Source: Anaerolineaceae bacterium
Lineage (GTDB): Bacteria; Chloroflexota; Anaerolineae; Anaerolineales; Villigracilaceae
Reading direction: 5' to 3'
DNA length: 64,000 nt
Assembly (NCBI GenBank): GCA_009772985.1
Contig: WOUS01000012.1
Span: forward strand, 46,044 to 110,043
The position numbers and the translations under genes were made by a program. Below, piece after piece: positions 53,289-64,000 of the stretch (position 1 is the first letter of the stretch; every line of letters begins with the position of its first letter). The notes beneath the pieces were generated by a model. That model had not been told where the DNA came from. It was given only the letters and a program-made list of their open reading frames with translations, and searched no databases.

Positions 53289-53924
53289 TCAATCCTGTCC
53301 CGCCGTCCCAAACACCCAATCCCAGAGCGGCGAACTGACCCCGTAACGCGTGTCCGGGTCTTTGTAGTGGTGCGCCATGTGATAGCGCTTGATGTATTTG
53401 GCGTAGCCGCGGCGCATTGTGAAATGGTGCGTGGCGTAATGCGTCAGGTCGTAGGCGAGATAGCCCACCATGAACCCCGCCGTCAGCGGGTTGATCCACT
53501 GCGGGGCCTGCAACAGCGCCCCCAGTACCAGCGTAAATAATCCGTAAAATACCAGGGCCAGCGGAATGCTGACCGGGAACGGCATCACCAGGCGGGTTTT
53601 GTCCTGCGGCTGGTGGTGGTGCACCCCGTGGAACAGGAAGAAAATCTTCTTTGCCTTCTCCGACCTGGCCGGGTAATGGAACAGGAAGCGGTGCAGGGTG
53701 TACTCGCCCAGCGTCCACAAAAACAGGCCGAGCACGAACGCGCCCAGGATGACGCCCACCGTCGCGGTCTGTGCGGCGAAATACAGCAGGAGCGCGGTCA
53801 CCGGCGCCCACAGGATCAGGATCGTCACCGGGCTGATATGGGTAAAAAATTCCAGGAAGTTCGACTTGAACAGGCGGATGGAAACGGGGTCTTTGCTTTT
53901 GTCAATTGGCAGGTGGCTCATCAT
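53289..53924 (-). CDS. fatty acid hydroxylase/sterol desaturase family membrane protein
   Basis: The histidine boxes are HRFLFH, HGVHHHQP and HYATHH/HMAHH. AAGGAG RBS upstream of MMSHLP. Confidence 0.85.
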   Translation of the reverse strand: MMSHLPIDKSKDPVSIRLFKSNFLEFFTHISPVTILILWAPVTALLLYFAAQTATVGVILGAFVLGLFLWTLGEYTLHRFLFHYPARSEKAKKIFFLFHGVHHHQPQDKTRLVMPFPVSIPLALVFYGLFTLVLGALLQAPQWINPLTAGFMVGYLAYDLTHYATHHFTMRRGYAKYIKRYHMAHHYKDPDTRYGVSSPLWDWVFGTAGQD

Positions 53925-53961
53925 TGTCTCCTTTTCCAAAATTTGACCAGCAATCGTCAGG

Positions 53962-54795
53962 CTACAAGCCTGACCTACGGACGGTTTCAGCAAACGCTAA
54001 AACAGACTCCCTTACTTCTGGGAAGGACGGCGAGGCCGCGAACGGCAGTTCGTGCGCAGCGCGGACCTCGAGCCGGGTCACCGCGCCCGCCAGCCTGCCC
54101 GCCAGCCGCCGCGTATCCTCTAGGCGGACGGTGGTATCGTCCGCGCCCTGGATGACCAGCGTCGGGCAGGTCACGTCCGGCGCGGACCGGTAACCGGCCG
54201 CACCCGCCTTGCGCAGTTCGTCGAACATCCCGACCGGGACGACAAACTCGCGCAGGGTCTGCTGGGTCTGCGGGTCGTCGAAGTCGAGTTCGGGGAGGAA
54301 CTCCTGCATTTCCTTGCGCAGGCGCGGGTCATCCATTTCGGTTTTCATCATCTTGAACGGCTTGACGCGCGGAATCAAGTATTTCAACACCGGCAGGAGC
54401 GCCCACAACGGGCCGCGGTTGCGCCAGAACGGGGCCAGCAGGACGAGTCCATCCAGCGGGGGGAAACGGGCCGCGGCTGATAGCGCCAGCGCCCCACCCA
54501 GCGAGTGACCGGCCAGCAGGACGGGCGCGTGGTCACGCCGGAGGCTGGCGAGCGCGTCCATAACGGCGTCCAGCCACTCGGTCCAGGCCCGCTGCGGGAG
54601 GGTTTCCAGTTGGAAACCAAAGCCGGGGAGCAGGAGGCCGCGGCAGGTCCAGCCGCGCTCGTTCAGTCCATCCGCCAGCGGGCGCACCTCGTAGAGCGTG
54701 CCAGGATAGCCGTGGACGAGCAGCGCGGCGGGACGTCCGCCGGGAAGCAGGAAGTCCTGATGTTCGGGAGCAGTGAAGGGGGTGAATGGAAGCAT
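53962..54795 (-). CDS. alpha/beta hydrolase (esterase/lysophospholipase-like)
   Basis: The nucleophile elbow is GHSLGG, and an HG oxyanion motif (LVHGYPG) is present. Confidence 0.85.
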   Translation of the reverse strand: MLPFTPFTAPEHQDFLLPGGRPAALLVHGYPGTLYEVRPLADGLNERGWTCRGLLLPGFGFQLETLPQRAWTEWLDAVMDALASLRRDHAPVLLAGHSLGGALALSAAARFPPLDGLVLLAPFWRNRGPLWALLPVLKYLIPRVKPFKMMKTEMDDPRLRKEMQEFLPELDFDDPQTQQTLREFVVPVGMFDELRKAGAAGYRSAPDVTCPTLVIQGADDTTVRLEDTRRLAGRLAGAVTRLEVRAAHELPFAASPSFPEVRESVLAFAETVRRSGL

Positions 54796-54837
54796 AAAAA
54801 TCGTAGGGCGAGATATTATCTCGCCCTACTACAGGGT

Positions 54838-57600
<2,763 letters not shown>

Positions 57601-57670
57601 CAATGGCCTCCTCGGAACAGAAAAATGATTGCAGTCTCGTTCCCAATTCGGCGCGCCACTGAATGCTTCC

Positions 57671-57717
57671 GCTGGATTTGCAATCCAGCGATATCGTCGG
57701 CGGATTGCAAATCCGCC
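57671..57717. promoter_or_regulatory. two related 19-bp palindromes upstream of ppdK
   Basis: gctggatt tgc aatccagc is at 57671..57689 and ggcggatt gca aatccgcc is at 57699..57717. They lie 70-120 nt upstream of the ppdK ATG. A third atttgcaa core is at about 57806. Confidence 0.3.
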
Positions 57718-57871
57718 GTAAGCGATTCGGTATCTGCCGAAATCGAAAACGCCAAGCGGAAAGTTTACCACAAACTCCCCGCCTCACAAGCCGTCATTTG
57801 TAAACCATTTGCAAAGCACAGGTTGCCTCGATTGGAGCATAATAGCAAAACTGGAAAACATGGAGTCGAAA

Positions 57872-58285
57872 ATGTCAATGAGAGTACTGGCGATAGACGA
57901 CGACCCCGCCATGACCGAACTCCTGTCCCTGATCCTCAAGGGACGGGGCTTCGACGTGCTGACGGCCAACACGGGCGCGGACGGCGTAAAGATCATCCAC
58001 GAAGCCGGCCCGGATGTGGTCATCCTGGATTTAATGATGCCGGACATGGACGGGTGGCAGGTCTGCAAGCAGATCCGCGACTTCAGCAACGTGCCCATTG
58101 TCATCCTGTCCGCGCTCGACCACCCGGGCATGGTCGCCAGCGCCCTCGACGCCGGGGCGGACGATTACCTTATCAAGCCCGTCCCGAGCGGCGTGCTGAT
58201 CGCCCACCTGCAAAAATTGACGCGCCGCTTTGTGAATACCGAAAAAGTAGACCTCCCTCTCCACGCCGCGGCAGCGGCATCCTGA
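57872..58285 (+). CDS. single-domain response regulator (CheY-like receiver)
   Basis: Motifs are VLAIDDD, ILDLMMPDMDG and DDYLIKP. There is no output domain. The start choice among three in-frame ATGs is uncertain. Confidence 0.85.
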   Translation: MSMRVLAIDDDPAMTELLSLILKGRGFDVLTANTGADGVKIIHEAGPDVVILDLMMPDMDGWQVCKQIRDFSNVPIVILSALDHPGMVASALDAGADDYLIKPVPSGVLIAHLQKLTRRFVNTEKVDLPLHAAAAAS

Positions 58286-58380
58286 TTTGCATCCAAGATG
58301 CCCAACGCAGGCGCCCGCCTGCGTTTTTGTTTTCCGGCAACAGGATGGTAAAATAAGGAAAAATCCCTGGAGAAACCGCC

Positions 58381-58695
58381 GTGCAAACCTGCTCGAAATG
58401 TAACGCTTCCTCCCCCGATGCCGCCCGGACCTGCGTCCACTGCGCCGCGAACCTGGCCGAGTTCTCCGCCGCGGCAGTCGCGCTCAAGAACCTGCGCGCC
58501 AACCCGCGCGTCAAGGCCATCCGCGTGACGGTGGCGGACGACGCCTGTCCGCATTGCTATGGCTTGATGAAGACTTACCCGAAAGACAAAGTCCCGCCCC
58601 TGCCACATTTGGGCTGTTCCCACGAAAACGGCTGCCGGTGCTTCTATGAACCGGTGCTGGAAGAAACGGCGATTGTTGGAAAAGCGGTGAAGTGA
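58381..58695 (+). CDS. hypothetical Cys-rich (zinc-ribbon-like) protein
   Basis: GTG start with a GGAGA RBS. It has CSKCN...CVHC and CPHC...CSHENGCRC. It is followed by a terminator. Confidence 0.4.
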   Translation: MQTCSKCNASSPDAARTCVHCAANLAEFSAAAVALKNLRANPRVKAIRVTVADDACPHCYGLMKTYPKDKVPPLPHLGCSHENGCRCFYEPVLEETAIVGKAVK

Positions 58696-58701
58696 AACGA
58701 G

Positions 58702-58725
58702 AGACCCGGCCTGCAAGCCGGGTCT
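58702..58725 (+). terminator. rho-independent terminator
   Basis: agacccggc ctgcaa gccgggtct followed by ttgattttt. Confidence 0.6.
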
Positions 58726-58733
58726 TTGATTTT

Positions 58734-59273
58734 TCAGCATTTCCACTTCACCTGCACCTTTTGTTTGCTCCCCAGCCGCGTGAAATAGTTGACGTACCCA
58801 TTGGCACAGCCGAACTCGTAGATACGCCGCGTCACGTCCACGTCGGCTTTGCAGTATTCAACCAGCGGGTCCAGTTTGCCCTCGCGCCACCACTGCACGG
58901 CCTGGATGCCGCTGGCAGTTTTCGTGTCGCCCAGGGTGGCGCGCGCCACCGAGTCCAAACTGACGCGGAAACTGAGCGCCTGGAACAGGTCGGCCATGAT
59001 GTCGAGCGTGGGCAGGAATTGCAGACGCTCGTCCGGCGCGTAGGGACGCAGCACCTCGTAATCGAAGCCTTTGACGTTGAAACCGATCACGCGCCCGGCA
59101 GACTTCAACTCGGCGATGAGCGCCGGGACATCCTTCTCCCAGTACACGGCGAAATCGTCCCGGACCGACGACCAGGTGACCGCGCAGGAGACTTTCAACG
59201 CGGCGATGTTCGTCCGTCCGCCAACATCCTCGAACAGGTTTTGGGTTTCGAGATCGAAGACGACGATGTTCAT
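58734..59273 (-). CDS. DEDD-type 3'-5' exonuclease (RNase H-like fold)
   Basis: Exo I is VVFDLET, Exo II is GFNVKGFDYEVL and Exo III is YCKADVDVT. The start is at MNIVVF. Confidence 0.75.
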   Translation of the reverse strand: MNIVVFDLETQNLFEDVGGRTNIAALKVSCAVTWSSVRDDFAVYWEKDVPALIAELKSAGRVIGFNVKGFDYEVLRPYAPDERLQFLPTLDIMADLFQALSFRVSLDSVARATLGDTKTASGIQAVQWWREGKLDPLVEYCKADVDVTRRIYEFGCANGYVNYFTRLGSKQKVQVKWKC

Positions 59274-59297
59274 GGGAACTCCTTGATTGTCTTGTCT

Positions 59298-59363
59298 GAA
59301 AAACGTAAGGCGTAAAACGTAAAGCATACGATGCGACGATTTACGTCTTACGTTTTACGTTTT
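59298..59363 (-). terminator. long AT-rich imperfect hairpin (ACGTAAA-type repeats) after cca, with U-run on the minus strand
   Basis: The arms aaaacgtaaggcgtaaaacgtaaa and tttacgtcttacgttttacgtttt pair at 21 of 24 positions by my count. Five A residues flank the plus-strand left arm. Confidence 0.45.
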
Positions 59364-60996
59364 ACCCTTCCAGGCGCTTCCGCGCCAAGCTCAGCGCATC
59401 TTCCCGCGTGGACACTTCACCCATCGCCTGCGCCTCGCGGATGGCTTCCAACAGTTCGCCGATCTTTTTGCCGGGCTTGAGATCGAGCGCGCGCATCAGG
59501 TCGTTGCCGTCCACCAGCGGCGGCGGGGCGACGGTCTCGGCCGGTTTTTCGTACCAGTTTTCCAGCATGGTGCGGACCACGTCCAGCGCGGCGGCCCAGG
59601 CTTCCTGTGGCAGCGTTTGCTCGTAGGTGGCGCGCATATCCGCCAGCGCCAGCAGGCACACATCCACGCCGGAGACGCCGGTATCGCGGAAGAAGCGGTA
59701 GACCGCGCGGCGTGAGGGCGGCTTCCCGTCCTTCACCAGCCGGTTGGTGTGGAACAGAACGCGCATGTGGCTGCGGACGACCGTCCCGACGCGCTGGGTC
59801 TCTTCGTTGCTGAATGCCAGGAGGCGCGCCCGCGCCTCCGCCATTTCCGCGCCCTGCTGGTCGTGGTCCCAGAAACGCAGCTGGCCGGCCTCGCTCACTT
59901 TTTTCGTGTGCGGCTTGGCAGCGTCGTGATACAGGGCGGAGAAGAACAGCAGCCCGCGCGCGGACCGGTTGGGGGTCGGCGCGGCGGCGAGGTGGTCGGC
60001 GATCTGCTGGCGGTAGCGGCCAATCCGCGTGACGAGCAGTCCGTTCAGCAGGTCGGCGGCCCGCTCGGGGTCGTAGGCCGGCGCGAGAGCGGAGAGAATG
60101 CCATCGAGATGGCCCAGCGCCGCCAGCGTATGCGCCCACCCGTCGTGGACGTGCGGCGCGGGCTGTTCCAGTCCCTTCAACGCGGCGAGTTCGGGCAGGA
60201 TGGGAGCGAGCGCGCCGAGCATGTCAATGGCGCGGACGCAGGCCGCCGGGGCAGGCCCTTCGAGGATGCGGAACAACTCGTCCCGCAGGCGCTCGGGGGA
60301 AATATCCGCCAGCCGGGGCGCGGACTCTTTCATCGCCGCCCGCGCCTCGGGCAGGATGTGGAAGCCAAAGTCCGCGGCCAGCCGGACCCCGCGCAGGATG
60401 CGCACCGGGTCGTCCGCGAGCGCCGACGGGGAGCAGGCGCGCAGGCGCTTCTCCTTCAGGTCGAGCGCGCCGCCGAGCGGGTCGTGGATTTCGTCCGTCT
60501 GGAGGTCGAGGGCGATGGCGTTGACGGTGAAATCGCGTCCGAGCAGGTCTGCTTCGAGGTCCACGCCGCGGAAGGCGGCGAAGTCCATGACGACGGGCGG
60601 CCCGCCCTCCACCGGGACGAGCACGCGGCCGGTGTCGCGTTCCGCGTCGAGCGGGTAGAAATCCGCCTTGAGCGCGTCCGCCACCAGGCGCGCGGACTTG
60701 ATCCCGTCACGTTCGAGGGCGAAGTCGAGGTCGTGGACAGGGCGGCTCAGGAGCGCGTCACGCACGGCCCCGCCGACCAGGTACACGGTCCGACCCCGCA
60801 GCGCCGCGCGGACGGGCTCGAGGAGCGGAGGAAAGTTCAGCGGTAAATCGTTCGGCATGAATTTAATCTCTGGCGTTTCTTTGAACCGGGACTGGGCGGC
60901 GCGGCGGGCCTGTTCGGGCGTTCCGCCCTGGGCAACAATCTTCCCGCGCAGACGGGCAACCCAGCGTCCGGAATATGCGGTGTCGTCCATCCCCAT
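59362..60996 (-). CDS. cca: CCA tRNA nucleotidyltransferase / poly(A) polymerase family with HD domain
   Basis: It has GGAVRDALLSRPVHDLDFAL (the nucleotidyltransferase head) and an HD region (LYHDAAKP). The start is taken at the ATG with a GAGAGG RBS. It has a 50-aa N-terminal extension. Confidence 0.85.
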   Translation of the reverse strand: MGMDDTAYSGRWVARLRGKIVAQGGTPEQARRAAQSRFKETPEIKFMPNDLPLNFPPLLEPVRAALRGRTVYLVGGAVRDALLSRPVHDLDFALERDGIKSARLVADALKADFYPLDAERDTGRVLVPVEGGPPVVMDFAAFRGVDLEADLLGRDFTVNAIALDLQTDEIHDPLGGALDLKEKRLRACSPSALADDPVRILRGVRLAADFGFHILPEARAAMKESAPRLADISPERLRDELFRILEGPAPAACVRAIDMLGALAPILPELAALKGLEQPAPHVHDGWAHTLAALGHLDGILSALAPAYDPERAADLLNGLLVTRIGRYRQQIADHLAAAPTPNRSARGLLFFSALYHDAAKPHTKKVSEAGQLRFWDHDQQGAEMAEARARLLAFSNEETQRVGTVVRSHMRVLFHTNRLVKDGKPPSRRAVYRFFRDTGVSGVDVCLLALADMRATYEQTLPQEAWAAALDVVRTMLENWYEKPAETVAPPPLVDGNDLMRALDLKPGKKIGELLEAIREAQAMGEVSTREDALSLARKRLEG

Positions 60997-61009
60997 CCCC
61001 TCTCTCAAC

Positions 61010-61567
61010 TCATTCCGGCTTGCGATATTTCTTCAAGTCCACGGTGGCGATGAAGGGCAGGTAGCGGCAGTGTTCGTCAATGTCAATACCGTAGCCGAAG
61101 ACGTATTTGTCGGGCACGTCGAAGCCGACGTAGTCCACCTGGACCGGGACCTCGCGGCGCATCTTCTTGTCGAGCAGGACGCAGACGCGCAGGCTGGCGG
61201 GGTCGCGGGTGCGGAGCATGTTGAGGACGTGGGCGAGGGTGCGGCCGCTGTCCACGATGTCTTCGACCAGCAGGACGTGGCGGCCCTCGATGTTGGTGCG
61301 CAGGTCGAGGTTGACGCGCACATTGCCGCTGGAGGCGTAGCGGCCGACACCGTAGGAGGAGAGCGACATGCAGTCCACTTCGGGGTCAATGCTCATGTGG
61401 CGCAGGAGGTCGGCGGTGAAGGTGATGCCGCCGCGCAGCAGGCAGACGACGAGCAGGTTTTTGCCATCGTAGTCCTTGCTGATCTGCGCGCCGAGTTCGG
61501 AGACGCGTTTCTCGATGGCCTGCTCGTCCATCAGGATTTCGTCGAGGAATTCATGGTAGTCTTGCAT
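61010..61567 (-). CDS. hpt: hypoxanthine phosphoribosyltransferase (copy 1)
   Basis: It has LLVVCLLRGG and the PRPP loop VLLVEDIVDSGRTL, then FVFGYGIDIDE. Confidence 0.9.
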   Translation of the reverse strand: MQDYHEFLDEILMDEQAIEKRVSELGAQISKDYDGKNLLVVCLLRGGITFTADLLRHMSIDPEVDCMSLSSYGVGRYASSGNVRVNLDLRTNIEGRHVLLVEDIVDSGRTLAHVLNMLRTRDPASLRVCVLLDKKMRREVPVQVDYVGFDVPDKYVFGYGIDIDEHCRYLPFIATVDLKKYRKPE

Positions 61568-61657
61568 GGGAAAATCCTTTTGCATCGAATTTCGCGAATT
61601 TACACGAAAAAACCAGCGCGGAGTCCGACGACTGGAGTTGTCGGAAGTCATCCGAAG

Positions 61658-62227
61658 TCAGGAGACTTCGGACTCCGACGGTTTGTATTTGGTCAAATCC
61701 ACAACGCCGACGAAGGGCAGGTTGCGGTAGTACTCGTCCAGGTCGAGGCCGTAGCCGAAGACGAATTTGTTCGGGATGGTGAAGCCGCGGTAGTGGACCG
61801 GGACCGGCGTCTCGCGGCGCTCGGGCTTGTCGAGCAGGGCGCAGACTTTGAGACTGCGCGGCTGGCGGGTCTGGAGGAATTCCAGCACGTAGGCGATGGT
61901 GTTGCCGCTGTCCACGATGTCTTCGACCAGCAGCACATCCTTGCCGCGGATGTCGGTCTTCAGGTCGAGGGAGAGACGCACGCTCCCGCTCGATTTTCGT
62001 TCCCCGTTCCCGTACGAGGAGACGGCCATGAAATCCAACTGGTGCGGGACGGTGATGCAGCGCATCAGGTCCACCATGAAGACCAGTCCGCCGCGCAGGA
62101 TGCAGATGAGCAGCAGGTCCTTCCCGGCGTAGTCGCGGCTGATCTCCGCACCGAGTTCGACGATGCGGGTTTGCAGGGTCTGTTCGTCAATCAAAGTTTC
62201 GGCGATGAAGTCGTGATAGTCTTGCAT
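61658..62227 (-). CDS. hpt: hypoxanthine phosphoribosyltransferase (copy 2)
   Basis: It has LLLICILRGG and the PRPP loop VLLVEDIVDSGNTI, then FVFGYGLDLDE. It is a tandem paralog of copy 1. Confidence 0.9.
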   Translation of the reverse strand: MQDYHDFIAETLIDEQTLQTRIVELGAEISRDYAGKDLLLICILRGGLVFMVDLMRCITVPHQLDFMAVSSYGNGERKSSGSVRLSLDLKTDIRGKDVLLVEDIVDSGNTIAYVLEFLQTRQPRSLKVCALLDKPERRETPVPVHYRGFTIPNKFVFGYGLDLDEYYRNLPFVGVVDLTKYKPSESEVS

Positions 62228-62252
62228 TTCTCTACCTGGGTACCTCGTCCCC

Positions 62253-62843
62253 CTAGCGGGGGATTTCATCCCCCTGGCGGGGGACTTCGTGATGCTTCCG
62301 GCAGCGGGCTTCGTACATCTCCGCCGCGCCGACAATGACCACCGGCTCGTCGCAGCGCGCCGGTTTGCCGTTGAGCAGGCGCTGGGTGCGGCTGGCCGGT
62401 TCGCCGCAGACCATGCAGATGGCGCGCAGTTTTTCCACTTCCTCGGCTTTCGCCATCAGCGCCGGCATCGGGCCGAACGGCTCGCCGCGAAAATCCGTGT
62501 CCAGCCCGCCCACGATGACGCGCAGTCCGCGCCCGGCCAGTTCGTCCACCAGCGGGATGATCTCGGCGTCGAAGAACTGGGCCTCGTCAATGGCGATGAC
62601 AGTGGCGTCCGGGTCCAGCCGCGTGCGGATGTCGGCAGCCTTCTCGACCGGGATGGCGTCGAACTCGGTGCCGGCGTGGGATGTGACTTTCTCGACCGCG
62701 TAGCGCACGTCAATGGCGGGCTTGAAGACCTGTACTTTCTGGCGCGCGATCGTCGCGCGGCGCAGGCGGCGGATCAGTTCGTCCGTCTTGCCGCTGAACA
62801 TCGAACCGCAAATCACTTCGACTGAACCGTTGGTATGTTTCAC
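62253..62843 (-). CDS. tdk: thymidine kinase
   Basis: GTG start with a GGAGGG RBS. The P-loop is GSMFSGKT. It also has IDEAQFF and the zinc site CMVCGEPA...CRKHH. Confidence 0.9.
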   Translation of the reverse strand: MKHTNGSVEVICGSMFSGKTDELIRRLRRATIARQKVQVFKPAIDVRYAVEKVTSHAGTEFDAIPVEKAADIRTRLDPDATVIAIDEAQFFDAEIIPLVDELAGRGLRVIVGGLDTDFRGEPFGPMPALMAKAEEVEKLRAICMVCGEPASRTQRLLNGKPARCDEPVVIVGAAEMYEARCRKHHEVPRQGDEIPR

Positions 62844-62885
62844 AAGCCCTCCAAAAAATATAGCTCTTCTACCGGAAGAGTGCGT

Positions 62886-62980
62886 GTCATTGCGAGCGAG
62901 CGTTCTCCAGCGAGCGAAGCAATCGCCTCGACAGCAAGGAGACTGCTTCGTCGGGCACAAACCGCCCTCCTCGCAGCGAC
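62886..62980. repeat. imperfect palindromic REP/MITE-like element
   Basis: The left arm is gtcattgcgagcgagcg...cgaagcaatcgcc and the right arm is gactgcttcg...cctcgcagcgac. It resembles the cattgcgagcgaagc...gcttcgtcgctcctcgcaatg class of small palindromic elements. Confidence 0.35.
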
Positions 62981-63024
62981 ACCAAATCTCACACCTTTCA
63001 TACAAGAGCCACAAGGATAATAAA

Positions 63025-63050
63025 CAGGCAGATGCCTGCGCATCTGCCTG
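63025..63050 (-). terminator. rho-independent terminator of rpmE
   Basis: caggcagatgc ctgc gcatctgcctg (perfect 11-bp stem), followed on the minus strand by tttattat. Confidence 0.65.
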
Positions 63051-63084
63051 TAAGTTTACCTGATTCTTGCCGTTCGGCAAGCCC

Positions 63085-63561
63085 TTATTCAGCGGCAGTT
63101 TCCGCCGCTTCGGGAAGGGTGTAGCCAAGTCCCTTCAGTTTTTTCTTCATGTCGATCAGCGACTTGCGGCCAAAGCCTTCGACAGCCAGGACAGCGTCCT
63201 CGCCATCGGCGAGTTTCGCCAGGAACTGGCCGACTTCCTTGATGCCAGCCTTGTCGAGGGCGGCCACGGCGCGGGGACCCAGTTCGAGGTCCGCGATGAG
63301 ACGCTTGGGGGAGATTTTCGATTCGGAGCGCGTCTGCTTCTCGTCCGCAAAGGACTGGCGGGCCTGCAGTTTCTTGTAGAAGCGGTCCACCTGCCCCTCG
63401 ATGTCCACGATGCGGGCCTGCTCGCCGGAGAAGAACGGGTGGCATTTCGAGCAGATTTCGACGCGGATTTCCTTCTGGGTCGAGCCGGTCGTCCAGGTGT
63501 TGCCGCAGGAGCAGGTCACGCGCGCGTCGGTAAAATAAGTCGGATGGATATCCTGTTTCAT
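63085..63561 (-). CDS. rpmE: ribosomal protein L31 (zinc type) fused to an RNA-polymerase-alpha-CTD-like helix-hairpin-helix domain
   Basis: [10 protein letters not shown]...CSCGNTW...[10 protein letters not shown] is L31. The C-terminal 85 aa, [23 protein letters not shown]...[19 protein letters not shown], resembles the alpha-CTD. AAAGGA RBS. Confidence 0.85.
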   Translation of the reverse strand: MKQDIHPTYFTDARVTCSCGNTWTTGSTQKEIRVEICSKCHPFFSGEQARIVDIEGQVDRFYKKLQARQSFADEKQTRSESKISPKRLIADLELGPRAVAALDKAGIKEVGQFLAKLADGEDAVLAVEGFGRKSLIDMKKKLKGLGYTLPEAAETAAE

Positions 63562-63580
63562 TTTCGAATCCTTTCGCCGG

Positions 63581-63841
63581 TTACTTGGCTTCCACCGGCA
63601 TGACGTTGACGCGTTTGCGGCCGCGGGTAATATCGTAAACGACCTGCCCGTCAATGATCGCAAAAATCGTATCGTCCTTGCCCACGTCTACGTTCAGGCC
63701 GGGCAGGATGCGCGTGCCGCGCTGGCGGATGAGGATGTTGCCGGAACGCACGATCTCGCCGGCGTACTTCTTCACGCCCAGGCGCTGGCCATTGGAGTCT
63801 CTTCCATTGCGGACTGAGCCGCCGCCTTTTTTGTGTGCCAT
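63581..63841 (-). CDS. rpmA: ribosomal protein L27
   Basis: [29 protein letters not shown]... is canonical L27. Confidence 0.95.
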   Translation of the reverse strand: MAHKKGGGSVRNGRDSNGQRLGVKKYAGEIVRSGNILIRQRGTRILPGLNVDVGKDDTIFAIIDGQVVYDITRGRKRVNVMPVEAK

Positions 63842-63858
63842 ATCTGCCTCACTCTCTC

Positions 63859-64000
63859 TTACTTTTCCACGGCCTTCTTGACGGGAGCCTTTTTCCCCTT
63901 CGGGGACGTTGTGGCCGGGGTCTTCTTTTCGGGTGCAGCCTTCGGAGCGGCTTTGGGAGCCGTCTTCTTCGGCGCGGCCTTCGTTGTTGTCGTCTTCTTG
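63859..64000 (-). CDS. 3' end of a gene with a Lys/Ala/Pro-rich tail (possibly rplU by synteny), cut by window edge
   Basis: My translation of the minus strand is ..[46 protein letters not shown]. Its position directly upstream of rpmA suggests L21, but no L21 core is visible. Confidence 0.4.
   Translation of the reverse strand, partial: KKTTTTKAAPKKTAPKAAPKAAPEKKTPATTSPKGKKAPVKKAVEK

Overview
This 64-kb window comes from a GC-rich bacterial chromosome. Taxonomy cannot be established from the sequence alone. I support about 75 protein-coding genes. I saw no rRNA, tRNA, CRISPR array, transposase or integrase.

Layout:
- 1-3.1 kb: a sharply AT-rich island with a 5'-truncated DNA methyltransferase, a translationally coupled candidate restriction nuclease and a 2-TM SLATT-like protein.
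- 3.2-8.1 kb and 19-23 kb: three Crp/Fnr-family regulators plus one Crp gene fragment. They sit among paralogous membrane proteins of unknown function, an FmdE-like lipoprotein, a NapH-like polyferredoxin, and CRP-type palindromes.
- 8.2-13 kb: a MacAB/DevBCA-like ABC efflux operon with two paralogous lipoproteins.
- 13.2-19 kb: a ferredoxin-DUF1858-ICMT operon and two serine-hydrolase lipoprotein genes, bracketed by a perfect 98-bp repeat.
- 23.1-29 kb: an operon encoding a 12-TM protein whose histidine pattern resembles heme-copper oxidase subunit I, an FGE/NirV-like lipoprotein, a heme O synthase and further membrane proteins. I consider this the most interesting candidate for an undescribed system.
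- 29-33.6 kb: a three-gene module of two zinc-ribbon membrane proteins plus a DUF4062-like protein, a second candidate.
- 33.7-64 kb: mostly housekeeping and secretome genes. These are lactate permease, ppnP, msrPQ, an M20 peptidase, nitroreductase, SDR, USP, YfcC, GH5, propeller lipoproteins, ppdK, cca, two hpt, tdk, an rpmE fusion and rpmA.

All functional calls come from reading motifs in the supplied translations. No database search was run.
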